This document shows positions 1 to 8,178 of a stretch of DNA of 64,000 bases, piece after piece; position 1 is the first letter of the stretch; each line of letters opens with the position of its first letter. Source of the DNA: Acidobacteriota bacterium (GTDB lineage Bacteria; Acidobacteriota; Terriglobia; Bryobacterales; UBA6623); assembly GCA_016125275.1 (NCBI GenBank), contig WGMB01000002.1, positions 253,231 through 317,230 of the forward strand, given 5' to 3'. The notes under the pieces were generated by a model, which saw only the letters and a program-made list of their open reading frames with translations, ran no database searches and was not told the DNA's origin. Position numbers and translations under genes: made by a program.

Positions 1-1
1 G

Positions 2-1114
2 GCGAAAGCCGATAAGGTTCTGGCCTTCGTCCACCGCGAGATCAAGGACATCTACCACGACCGCTCCGGCATTTCGGCCGAGCAGCGCGGCAACCTCAAG
101 TCCAACAAGGGTCCCGGAGACACCCTCGAGCAGAAGATGGGGACAGCGTACGACATCATGATGCTGTTCGGATCGCTGCTGCAGGCCGGGGGCGTGGATG
201 CTCGCATCGCCAAGCTGCCGCGCCGCGACGACCGCTTCTTCGACCCGAACTTCCTCAATCCCTACTTCCTCGACGGAATGGCCGTGGCCGTTCCGCTGGG
301 CGACTCCAACTGGAAGTTCTACGACCCGGCTTCGCCGTATCTCGGCCCCGGCATGTTGCAGTGGCCCGAAGAGGGCATCGAGGCGCTGGTCACCGACTCC
401 AAGAAGCCCGCCTGGGTGCGCACCGGCTTGACCGAGCCGGGAGGAACGCTCACCCACCGCAGCGGCGAGTTCACCCTGCTGCCCGACGGTACGCTCGAAG
501 GCAAGGTCACCCAGACCTACAGCGGCCACCTCGGCGGCAACCTGAAGAGGATCTACGACGGCCTCAGCGAGGAGGAGCGCATCGAGCGCATCACCGACAA
601 CCTCGAAAGCAGGCTCTCCACGGCGGAGGTCAGCGAGATCAACATTGCCCACATTGACGAGACGGGCGATCAGCTCTCGTATTCCTACAAGATCCGCGTC
701 CCCGGCTACGCCGTGCCGACGGGCAAGCGGCTGTTCCTGCAGCCCGGCTTCTTCGAGCGCAATCGAGCGGCTCTGTTCACCACGAGCGAGCGCCGCCACG
801 ACGTGTACTTCACCTACGGCTGGTCGGAGAAGGATCACGTGACGATCCAGATGCCCGAGGGCTACGAACTCGAGGACGCCGAGGCGCCCCAATCCTTCAA
901 GCTGGGCGAGTTCGGCGAGTACACCGTCAAGCTGGCCAAGACCTCCACCGGCAAGCTCATCTACGACCGTATGTTCGTATGGGGCACGGGGGGCACGCTG
1001 CTGTTTCCGGCCGACGCCTATCCGAACCTCAAAGGCGCCTTTGACGCCATGCACAAGCAGGACGAGCACATGCTGACCTTGCGGCCGGCGGAAAGCGCCG
1101 CGGGGGGCCGCTGA
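2..1114 (+). CDS. DUF3857/3858-type transglutaminase-like protein, paralog 1 (5' end outside window)
   Basis: The frame of ORF 137..1114 stays open back to nt 2. It aligns with the split gene downstream (MGTAYDIMMLFGSLLQAGGV here vs YGDCKDKANLMRALLKAVGV there). The stop overlaps the next start (TGATG at 1112-1116). Confidence 0.6.
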   Translation, partial: AKADKVLAFVHREIKDIYHDRSGISAEQRGNLKSNKGPGDTLEQKMGTAYDIMMLFGSLLQAGGVDARIAKLPRRDDRFFDPNFLNPYFLDGMAVAVPLGDSNWKFYDPASPYLGPGMLQWPEEGIEALVTDSKKPAWVRTGLTEPGGTLTHRSGEFTLLPDGTLEGKVTQTYSGHLGGNLKRIYDGLSEEERIERITDNLESRLSTAEVSEINIAHIDETGDQLSYSYKIRVPGYAVPTGKRLFLQPGFFERNRAALFTTSERRHDVYFTYGWSEKDHVTIQMPEGYELEDAEAPQSFKLGEFGEYTVKLAKTSTGKLIYDRMFVWGTGGTLLFPADAYPNLKGAFDAMHKQDEHMLTLRPAESAAGGR

Positions 1115-2115
1115 TGCGACGCCTCGTCAGCGGAATCGTGGCGGCGCTGGCGCTGTGCGGCGCGTCGGTTGCCAAGGACCGGGCGCCGGACTGGCTGGTG
1201 ACCGCGTCCCAACTGCAGACGCCGTCATACGAGGCCGAGGTTCCCGGCGTCGTGCTGCTCAAGGAAGAGTCGGTGAGCGTGAGCGCCGAAGGCGTGGTGA
1301 CCACGCGGGAGCGCTACGCCGTCAAGATCCTCAACCGCAAGGGGCTGAAGCTCGCGCGCGCCTCGGCGATCTACGACACCCGCAGCAGCAAGGTGCAGAG
1401 CCTCGACGCCTGGATCATCTACCCTTCCGGACAGCTCAAGCAGTTCGGCAAGAAGGAGACCGCCGACGCGGCGCTCACCTCCAACGACATCTACAACGAG
1501 ATCCGCATGAAGCTGATCGTCGGCGATTCGTCCATCGACCCGGGGTCGGTGTGGGGCTTCGAGTCGGTGGTGGAGGATCGCTCGATCTTTACGCAGTTCC
1601 TCTACTCCTTCCAGAACGCCCTGCCCACCCTGAGCTCGCGCTTCTCGCTGACGCTGCCCGCCGGCTGGCGCGCCACGACCGAAACGTTCAACGCCGAGCC
1701 GATCGAAGGCTCGGTGGAGGGTTCGCGGACGACGTGGACTCTGGCGGACCTGCCCTGGATCCGCAACGAGCAGGCGCGCCCCTCGATTGCCGCTCTGGCG
1801 CCGCGCATCGCCGTCAGCTACTTTCCGCCGGAGACGGCGCAGGGGCTGGGGCCGAGCTTCGAGAGCTGGGAGCAAGTCTCCACTTGGCTCGCCGCGCTGC
1901 ACGAGCCGCGGGCGCAACCCGACGCCGCCGTGCAGGCCAAGGCAGCGGAGCTGACCGCCGGCGCGACGACCGAGCTCGACCGCGTGGCCGCCATCGCCCG
2001 CTATGCGCAGAACGTGAAGTACGTGTCGATCCAGACCGGCGTGGGCCGCGGCGGAGGCTACGAGCCGCACGCCGCCTCAGAAGTGCTGGCCAAGTCCTAC
2101 GGCGACTGTAAGTAG
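1114..2115 (+). pseudogene. 5' fragment of transglutaminase-like gene (signal peptide + DUF3857-like N-domain + start of TGase core), truncated by prophage insertion
   Basis: The ORF ends ...SYGDCK then TAG, supplied by the first 3 nt of the prophage. The 3' fragment at 45413.. continues DKANLMRALLKAVGVE in frame. Confidence 0.85.
2108..2112. repeat. Left copy of 5-bp target-site duplication GTAAG
   Basis: GTAAG at 2108-2112 and at 45413-45417. Removing the element plus one copy restores ggc gac tgt aag gac aag (GDCKDK). Confidence 0.85.
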
Positions 2116-2318
2116 AGGGGGCAGAGGTGGGTGGCAAAGTGGGGAGGGGCGGAGGGTGGCGGGGAGGCGTGGGGTAGGTGGTTGGGTTTGTTGGGGTTAG
2201 GGGTGGGTGCGGGCTGGCGGGGCCGGGGCGCGGTGGCGGGTGGTGCGTGGCAAACGCGCGGCGGGCGGTGCGGCTAAGTTGTTGATAATTTCCCCGGTGG
2301 CGGGTGCTGCGTGGCAAG
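2113..2318 (+). promoter_or_regulatory. attL end: putative transposase binding sites L1 (2131-2138), L2 (2247-2254), L3 (2311-2318, GTGGCAAg)
   Basis: GTGGCAAA repeats in + orientation. L1 starts 18 nt from the terminus, and a gap of about 116 bp precedes L2/L3, as at the Mu left end. Confidence 0.6.
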
Positions 2319-2360
2319 TCCTAGCGACATCCAAGCGACAATCCAAGCGACACGGAGCGG

Positions 2361-2855
2361 CTAAAAATCCGCCGGGATCGGGCGGTAGGTAGCAGTCCAC
2401 AGTTTGTCGCCGACGTCGCGCAGCTCTATGAGCTGCTCGTCGGTGCGCCAGACCGTGACCTTTGGTGCGCCGCCAAAGGCAGTCTTCACGGCGGCCGGCT
2501 TGCCGTACTTTTCCTTGAAGGCGTCGCGGACCTCGTGGCGGTACTTGTGGCGCGGCGCGGTGCTGCCGCAATCGTCGACCTCGCGAACGTCGATCGACAC
2601 CCTCGACAAGCGGTCGTCTGAAAACCAGACGAACGCGGTCCCGGCGCAGCCGCCGATATCCACCGGGCCGGTGAGCGCGGCCGATTCTCCGCCTTCAGTG
2701 GCCGGCTCCTCGACCGGGTGAAGATCCGGCAGCGCCTGCTTAGCTTCGGCCTCGGACATGCCGAAGCGGAGGCCGCGCCAGGTGGTCTGGGCCTGGGCCG
2801 CGGCGGCGGCGAGGATGAGCAAAAAACAGACGCTATATATATTGTGTCGGAGCAT
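2361..2855 (-). CDS. Secreted hypothetical protein (moron-like), 164 aa
   Basis: Internal ATG at 2855 of ORF 2361..3074 gives MLRHNIYSVCFLLILAAAAAQAQ, a Sec signal peptide with an AQA site. The upstream part of the ORF is low-complexity. Confidence 0.55.
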   Translation of the reverse strand: MLRHNIYSVCFLLILAAAAAQAQTTWRGLRFGMSEAEAKQALPDLHPVEEPATEGGESAALTGPVDIGGCAGTAFVWFSDDRLSRVSIDVREVDDCGSTAPRHKYRHEVRDAFKEKYGKPAAVKTAFGGAPKVTVWRTDEQLIELRDVGDKLWTATYRPIPADF

Positions 2856-2860
2856 GGGCG

Positions 2861-2895
2861 CCGTGAGCGGTGAACCGTGAGCCGTGAGCCGTGGT
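2861..2895 (+). repeat. Heptamer tandem array copy 1: CCGTGAG CGGTGAA CCGTGAG CCGTGAG CCGTGGT
   Basis: Five consecutive 7-bp units read directly. The array abuts the start codon of the minus-strand gene at 2855. Confidence 0.9.
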
Positions 2896-3516
2896 TGTCC
2901 GCCCACGAGCAGTATGCCACACGGCGGCCCTGCGGCCGAAGCCAAAACGCAGGGCGCCGGCCCGGCCGCAACTGGGCCACAAGATTTTGGGGAGAGGGCG
3001 CAACTGCTCCCAACCAGGCCGATACAGACTTCGCGCGAAGGGTAAGGTATCCACCCTAACCCGCGGAAACACAAGGGCTTGCGCGTTCGCCTTCTATTCG
3101 ATGTGGAGCCAGGCGCGGAGGCTGGTCAAGCCGTTGCAGGGCGGGCAGTTAGTTCTACCCACTGACCAGCGGATTGGCTGTGCTAGACTGGACAAAGTTG
3201 AAAGAAGCCCGGACTGGGCGAATGATTTGGCTTGGAAAGGCCAGATCCCCGAGACGCTGGGGAGCGAGAACCGGGGATCTGGCGAACCTAACCAAACGTT
3301 CGACTCCCAGGAAGGGAGTCGGAGTTGTTTCGTGTCTTTCGCATCGTACCATCAGTGTAGAAATGGTGCAACCGGTTGTAGTCGTACAAACGACTATAAT
3401 TGCTCTCGCCGGTACAAACCGTACAAGCCGGAGAAGCGGCACAAGCGCCGTACTCGCTCCGCAATCCGTACGTTTCTGACCTTGCCTCTCCGGCCGCGGC
3501 CCCCACCAATAGCAGC

Positions 3517-3560
3517 CAGAAAAAGAATTGCCCGCGAAAGCAGTTCGAGCTGCTTCCGCG
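3517..3560 (-). terminator. Intrinsic terminator of the repressor-side operon
   Basis: On the minus strand: CGCGGAAGCAG-CTCGAA-CTGCTTTCGCG (11-bp stem, 1 mismatch), followed by GGCAATTCTTTTTCT. Confidence 0.6.
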
Positions 3561-3674
3561 GGCGCGGAGAACCGCCCGTCGGCTCCGGGATATGGCACTC
3601 AGCAGGCACGGTCAGAATAGGGCATCCCGGCGCGCGACACAAGGACTTAGTCGCGGCGAGGGGACAGCGCAGCA

Positions 3675-4058
3675 CTACCCTTCGGGCAGTTCGGCCTGGA
3701 GAGTGGCCTTGAGCTCAGAAATCGCTTTGCGGATGTCCGTAGGTTTTGCGTCGGCGCGTTTGGCCTTGTGGTACAGCAGGACCGGATAGAGCTTTTGCGT
3801 CTCAACGTCCAGGTAGGCGATCACTCGCAGCGCCTGGCTGGAGCCTGAACCCGCGTCCTGCGACGAAACGCGATATTTCCAGACAGCGCCCTTGAATCCG
3901 AGCAGCGCAGCCGCGGAGCAGGCCGAAGCATAGCTAGATTCGATCCGCCCAAATGCGGCCCCGAGGTCCTCGTCAATGTGAGGCAACTGGCGGCGGAGCT
4001 TCTTGAGGTCCTTTTGATACCGCTCGCTCAGTTGGTCGTCAACGGTGCAGACCGGCAA
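3675..4058 (-). CDS. RelE/HigB (Gp49-like) family toxin-like protein, about 127 aa (TTG start assumed)
   Basis: Pattern ...YQKDLKKL...GAVWKYRV...ALRVIAYLD...LYPVLLYHKAKRADAKPTDIRKAISEL matches the RelE/Gp49-type core by eye. The ORF track's N-terminus overlaps the upstream gene, and TTG at 4058 is in frame. Confidence 0.45.
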   Translation of the reverse strand: MPVCTVDDQLSERYQKDLKKLRRQLPHIDEDLGAAFGRIESSYASACSAAALLGFKGAVWKYRVSSQDAGSGSSQALRVIAYLDVETQKLYPVLLYHKAKRADAKPTDIRKAISELKATLQAELPEG

Positions 4059-4578
4059 GGGGCTGCTCCAGGTCGACGCCGATTTCAACCAGCGAGCCTT
4101 CGAGTTCCGCCAGGAAGTCCGGGTCGACGACGAGCTCCCAGCCTTCGACAACGTTATCGAACTCGTCGATCAAGACGGCGAGACGACGGATGTCACGCCC
4201 AAGCAGCCCGCGATCCATCTTGAGGGCCGCATACCGCTGGAGCAGCGCCTCCGTCACGGTAATACTACGGCGAGCGTCGCGGACCACGGCCGTAAATGCC
4301 CCAGACCGCAACAGCTCTCGTGGGAGGTCGATCTTCCTGGCCCAATGGATGAGGTGCTGGAGCGCCCGGCATTGGAGATGGCCGTAGAAAGAGATCACGA
4401 GCCGCCACCAGAAGATCTTGGCGAACAGCCCCAGCGCCGATAGTCGCCCGGGCTTGGCGTCGGCCATTTCAGACCAATGCCTAGCGTCCAAAGCGATCAG
4501 GAGCATCTTCGCGCCGCTCCGCTCGAGCTGATGTAGGTCGTTTGATGTCGCAGCGCCGGTCATGGCAACGCACCCCAC
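4039..4578 (-). CDS. Hypothetical protein, 179 aa
   Basis: ORF with protein-like composition. Its stop overlaps the start region of the toxin-like ORF. No motif recognised. Confidence 0.5.
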   Translation of the reverse strand: MGCVAMTGAATSNDLHQLERSGAKMLLIALDARHWSEMADAKPGRLSALGLFAKIFWWRLVISFYGHLQCRALQHLIHWARKIDLPRELLRSGAFTAVVRDARRSITVTEALLQRYAALKMDRGLLGRDIRRLAVLIDEFDNVVEGWELVVDPDFLAELEGSLVEIGVDLEQPLAGLHR

Positions 4579-4624
4579 TCTCTCGCATCTTATCGTTCAG
4601 CCATATAAACTGCCCACAAAAAGA

Positions 4625-4927
4625 TCAGTCCGGCGGCTCGACGTGGGCTTGCCAGAGGGCGACGAGCTCGTCGAGCTTGCGGTCGAGCTCGCGCTGGCGG
4701 CGACGGTAGTGGCGGTAGGCCGAGATCGTGAAGCCGGGCCAACCGCTTCTGACGGACGCTTCCATGACCGTGCACACCTTCTTCATGGCAGCGAGAACCG
4801 CTCCCGTGTTGAACGGGTCGAGCATCGCGCGCTCGCATTCGTCGAGGGCCTTCTCGACTTCAGCGAACGGGCCGCGCGCCGGCGGGCCGGGGCGGCCGTT
4901 TGCGTTGCTTCGGTGACGGGTCGGCAC
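4625..4927 (-). CDS. Hypothetical protein, 100 aa
   Basis: ORF co-oriented with the repressor operon, with helical-looking composition. No motif recognised. Confidence 0.45.
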   Translation of the reverse strand: MPTRHRSNANGRPGPPARGPFAEVEKALDECERAMLDPFNTGAVLAAMKKVCTVMEASVRSGWPGFTISAYRHYRRRQRELDRKLDELVALWQAHVEPPD

Positions 4928-4928
4928 T

Positions 4929-4970
4929 GCGTTGACCGTGAACCGTTAGCCGTGAACGGTGAGCCGTGGT
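4929..4970 (+). repeat. Heptamer tandem array copy 2: (GCGTTGA) CCGTGAA CCGTTAG CCGTGAA CGGTGAG CCGTGGT
   Basis: It fills the whole spacer between minus-strand ORFs 4971..5264 and 4625..4927. Confidence 0.9.
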
Positions 4971-5264
4971 TTACACCCGGCGGCGCTCGACGCGCTGAGT
5001 GGAGCCGACGAGCTCCTCATACATCAGCGTCCCGTCGAAGTAGAGACGACGGAACTCGCAGCCGTCGTCGTCCTTCACGATCGTGACCTTGATATCGACG
5101 TCTCCCTCGGGGATGGCGCCGGCGTCGACGGCTTCCATGACCGCCTTGCACTTGCGGCGGTAGATCTCGTCGTTGCGGATCTTGTTGGCGCGCAGCGCGA
5201 AGACCGTGTCAGTGTCGGCCAGGCTGATCGGTTGGACGGGCCTCGGAAACTTGACTATCTCCAC
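4971..5264 (-). CDS. Hypothetical protein, 97 aa
   Basis: ORF MEIVKFPRPVQ... with balanced composition. It is the first gene downstream of the repressor candidate. Confidence 0.5.
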   Translation of the reverse strand: MEIVKFPRPVQPISLADTDTVFALRANKIRNDEIYRRKCKAVMEAVDAGAIPEGDVDIKVTIVKDDDGCEFRRLYFDGTLMYEELVGSTQRVERRRV

Positions 5265-5383
5265 TAAACAACTCCCCTTCTACGGCTCAAACAGGGGGGA
5301 TCGGTGGTCGATCGTGTCGGCGGCGCTTGTCGTGAGCGGCGCTCTGACTACGAGGAACGACAGGCCCATTATAGAGGGGCCTG

Positions 5384-5707
5384 TCAAGCGCTCCGGCGGG
5401 ACTTTTTGACCCGTCCTTGGGCTTGCGCGATTCGATTCGCGGTTCGGACGGTTCGCCGGATGATTTCGACCAGATCAGGCTCGCCGTGGTGCAGCGCATC
5501 AAGGGTTTCCTGCAGAAACTCGGCCTCATGCGGGGGTAATCCAGCGAAAGCGGCGCGCTCCTGCGGCGCCTCTTTCGCCAGGTAGCGATCAAGGGCCGTC
5601 TCGAGGATCGCCTGGACGGTTGTTCGCTCGCGAAACGCCTTCTCCTTCAGGAAGTCCGCCATGTCGGGCGTCGCCCTAAAACCGATCTGTTTGGTCTTTT
5701 CCGCCAA
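5384..5707 (-). CDS. Ribbon-helix-helix (CopG/Arc-like) protein, candidate prophage repressor
   Basis: N-terminus KQIGFRATPDMADFLKEKAFRERTTVQAILETALDRYL fits a beta-strand/helix/helix RHH pattern. It is divergent from the early operon. TTG start with GGGAG upstream. Confidence 0.55.
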   Translation of the reverse strand: MAEKTKQIGFRATPDMADFLKEKAFRERTTVQAILETALDRYLAKEAPQERAAFAGLPPHEAEFLQETLDALHHGEPDLVEIIRRTVRTANRIAQAQGRVKKSRRSA

Positions 5708-5744
5708 TGGTGAAAATTTCTCCCTAAAAGCCCTGGGGTTTGAC

Positions 5745-5774
5745 TTGACAGCTTGTTGTCAGATTGTTAATCTG
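5745..5774 (+). promoter_or_regulatory. Early promoter (TTGACA-17-TAATCT) overlapped by two inverted repeats (operators)
   Basis: -35 TTGACA at 5745-5750 and -10 TAATCT at 5768-5773. IR1 TGACA-N6-TGTCA at 5746-5761. IR2 CAGATT-GTT-AATCTG at 5760-5774. Confidence 0.55.
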
Positions 5775-5806
5775 ACTGCCAACTGGTTAGGTGAACTTCA
5801 ACGAGG

Positions 5807-6034
5807 ATGCCACACTTCACTGACCTTGCAGGGACTACGCTACCACAGCGCATTCTGTTTCTTGCGCGTCATCGCGGACTGATCTCGGCGACGGCTCGCG
5901 AGTTGAATGTCAGTCCGCAGGTCGTATCTCGCGCGTACCAGGCGGGTTCCGGTTCGGAGCGGGTCGAGAAAGGCCTTCTGACCGAAATCATGCGGCGGCT
6001 GGGCGTGAAGCCCAGCAAGGAGAACGCCGCGTGA
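5807..6034 (+). CDS. Ner/Cro-like HTH DNA-binding protein, 75 aa
   Basis: HTH-like ISATARELNVSPQVVSRAY. It is the first gene of the early operon, directly upstream of the transposase. Its size equals that of Mu Ner. Confidence 0.55.
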   Translation: MPHFTDLAGTTLPQRILFLARHRGLISATARELNVSPQVVSRAYQAGSGSERVEKGLLTEIMRRLGVKPSKENAA

Positions 6035-8178
6035 GTCTGCCTGCGCAAGTCGGCGCCGAGGCGCGCTACCTGACCAAAGAAGAGGTCGCTCAGTTCGAGC
6101 AGCAGTCCTGCCGCTGGGTGGAGCGGCACGCTCTGGAACTGGGGGTGGTGGCAGGCCCGAGTGGTGCGAACGGGAAGCCGGAGCCTCGGTACAACCCGCA
6201 TCTGATGTCGCCGGCGGCGCAGGAGCGCTACTTGGCAGCGCGGAAGGAAGCCGACGAGCTGGCGCGGCGCAAGGCGCTGGAGGCGAGCCGGGCGGCGGCG
6301 GACTTGACCTTGTCGCCGCGCGAGTTGGAAGGGCAGACGCTGGAGCTGGGGTCGGACGCCGACCGGCAGATGGCGCTGCACCGCTACCGGGCGATCGCTC
6401 CGTTGCTGCGGGCCGTCGACGGAGAGCGGACGGCCGTGGCGAAGGAGACGGCGGCGGCCGAGGGCGTCGGCTGGCGAACGCTGTACCGCTGGACCGAGCG
6501 CTACCTGGGCAAGTACTACGAGGGCCGCCGGGGGCTGGAAGCGCTGGTCGACCGCGCTCGGGCGGACCGGGGCCGGAGCAAAAAGCTCAACGACGCGGCG
6601 CGGGAGCTGATCGCGGCGCTGCTGACGCCGAACTACGAGACGGACGGCCACGGCCGGGGCGCGCTGTCCGTGCGGCAAGCGCACGACGAGTACGAGGCCG
6701 AGCGCCGGCTGCGGGAGGCGCTGGTGGGCCGCATTCCCGACCAGTTCACCGCGGTGCGCCTGGCGCGCTGGATCGACGCCGACGGACGGCTGAGCGAGGA
6801 CGGGCGGCTACCGCGCATCTGCCGGCGGACGCTGCAGGAGTGGGCGCAGCAGATCCCGGCGTCGTACATGGAGCTGGCGCGGGTGGGCCCGGACAGCCAC
6901 GACAAGAAAACGCTGTACGTCGTTTCCCGCGATTACGACCACCTGGACCCGCTGGAAGTGGTGGTGATGGACCACCGCAAGCTGGACGTGTTCTGCATTC
7001 TGCCGCCGGAGAACGGCAAGGGCGGGCTGACGATCGGGCGGCCCTGGATGACGGCGGCCATGGACATGCGGACGCGCCGCTGGCTGGCCTGGACGGTGGG
7101 CGCCCACGCGAACTCGGCGGGCATTGCGAGCGTGGTGCGGCGCGTGGTGGAGACCTTCGGGAGGCCGGCCAACTTCTACTGGGACAACGGCCAGGACTTC
7201 GACTCGCCGTGGATGGAGGCGGTTTGCCGGGACCTGGGGTCGAACGTGATTCACGCGATCCCGGAGAACGCGCGCGCCAAGATCATCGAGCCGAACTTCA
7301 AGCGGATCGCGGTGGCGGAACCGCAGCTACAGACCTACGTCGGCAACCGGTCGGACCGGCGGCCGGAGCGAGTGACGGAGGAAGCGCGGAAGTGGCAGCG
7401 GGCGTACGACCGCGGTCTCGACAGGGAAACGATCTTCCGGCCCATGCATGAGGTGGCGGAGGTGTACGACGCGCTGCTGGAGCGGTTGAACGAGACGCCG
7501 TGCCGGGGCGAGGGCATGTTGGGCCGAGACGAGGACGGCGTGTATCGGCAGCGTACGCCGATGGCGATCTGGAGCCAGACGGCGGCGAACGTGACGTTCG
7601 AGTTCCTGCCGGATCAGCAACTGCAGTTCCTGTTCATGAAGTCGCGCCAAGTGACGGTGCGGCAGGCGGCGCTGTCGGTGCAGTACCTGGGCAAGACGGT
7701 GCGCTACGCGGCGGAGGGCGACCCGCTACGGCTGACGAAGCTGGAACAGAAGCCGGTGGAAGTGCGCTACGACCCGCACGATCTGCGGCGGGTGGCGGTG
7801 TTCGTGGACGGGATCTTCTGGTGCATGTGTCGAACGGCGACGCGCCAGAAATTCGGCGAGGAAGACTTCAAGCAAGACATAGCGATCCGGCAGCGGCAGG
7901 CGCGGCGCGACCGCGAGACGTTGGCGGCGGTGCGACGGATACCGGTGACGCCGCCGGTGGACCGGCTGTTGGCCGAGCGAAAGGAGCCGCGGGTGGAGCC
8001 GGAGGTCAAGAGGGTCACGGTGATCCAGCCGGAAGTCGGTCGGGCGGCGCTGGCGGCGGCAGGCGGGAGTGCGCCGCTGCGGCCGATCCGGACGGTGCGG
8101 CCGGAGCCGGAGGGCGGGGACGACGAATTCGATTGGCGGCTGATGTCGAGCCGCCGCGAACGGGGGGATACGGAGTGA
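6031..8178 (+). CDS. MuA-like DDE transposase
   Basis: 715 aa. Candidate catalytic triad contexts VVVMDHRKLDV, YWDNGQDFDS, AKIIEPNFKRI. N-terminal HTH-like regions. Position is next to Ner-like and upstream of the MuB-like ATPase. Confidence 0.85.
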   Translation: MSLPAQVGAEARYLTKEEVAQFEQQSCRWVERHALELGVVAGPSGANGKPEPRYNPHLMSPAAQERYLAARKEADELARRKALEASRAAADLTLSPRELEGQTLELGSDADRQMALHRYRAIAPLLRAVDGERTAVAKETAAAEGVGWRTLYRWTERYLGKYYEGRRGLEALVDRARADRGRSKKLNDAARELIAALLTPNYETDGHGRGALSVRQAHDEYEAERRLREALVGRIPDQFTAVRLARWIDADGRLSEDGRLPRICRRTLQEWAQQIPASYMELARVGPDSHDKKTLYVVSRDYDHLDPLEVVVMDHRKLDVFCILPPENGKGGLTIGRPWMTAAMDMRTRRWLAWTVGAHANSAGIASVVRRVVETFGRPANFYWDNGQDFDSPWMEAVCRDLGSNVIHAIPENARAKIIEPNFKRIAVAEPQLQTYVGNRSDRRPERVTEEARKWQRAYDRGLDRETIFRPMHEVAEVYDALLERLNETPCRGEGMLGRDEDGVYRQRTPMAIWSQTAANVTFEFLPDQQLQFLFMKSRQVTVRQAALSVQYLGKTVRYAAEGDPLRLTKLEQKPVEVRYDPHDLRRVAVFVDGIFWCMCRTATRQKFGEEDFKQDIAIRQRQARRDRETLAAVRRIPVTPPVDRLLAERKEPRVEPEVKRVTVIQPEVGRAALAAAGGSAPLRPIRTVRPEPEGGDDEFDWRLMSSRRERGDTE

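Noticed and set aside
2107-2116. Alternative prophage boundaries giving canonical TG...CA termini (TGTAAG... / ...GGCA).
   Set aside because: Those boundaries leave no target duplication and do not restore the host reading frame. The GTAAG/GTAAG solution restores GDCKDKA exactly.
2861-2895. Heptamer arrays as possible CRISPR arrays.
   Set aside because: The units are 7 bp and directly abutting, with no spacers. There are no cas genes, and the arrays are only about 35-42 bp long.
3294-3322. tRNA-like T-arm resemblance (GTTCGACTCCC).
   Set aside because: No acceptor, D or anticodon stems can be drawn around it on either strand. It is the 5' arm of a simple hairpin, CGACTCCC/GGGAGTCG.
2891-3712. 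273-aa + strand ORF across the left-arm island.
   Set aside because: Arg/Cys/Pro-rich, with no protein-like periodicity or motifs. It spans the minus-strand terminator. I treated the region as non-coding.
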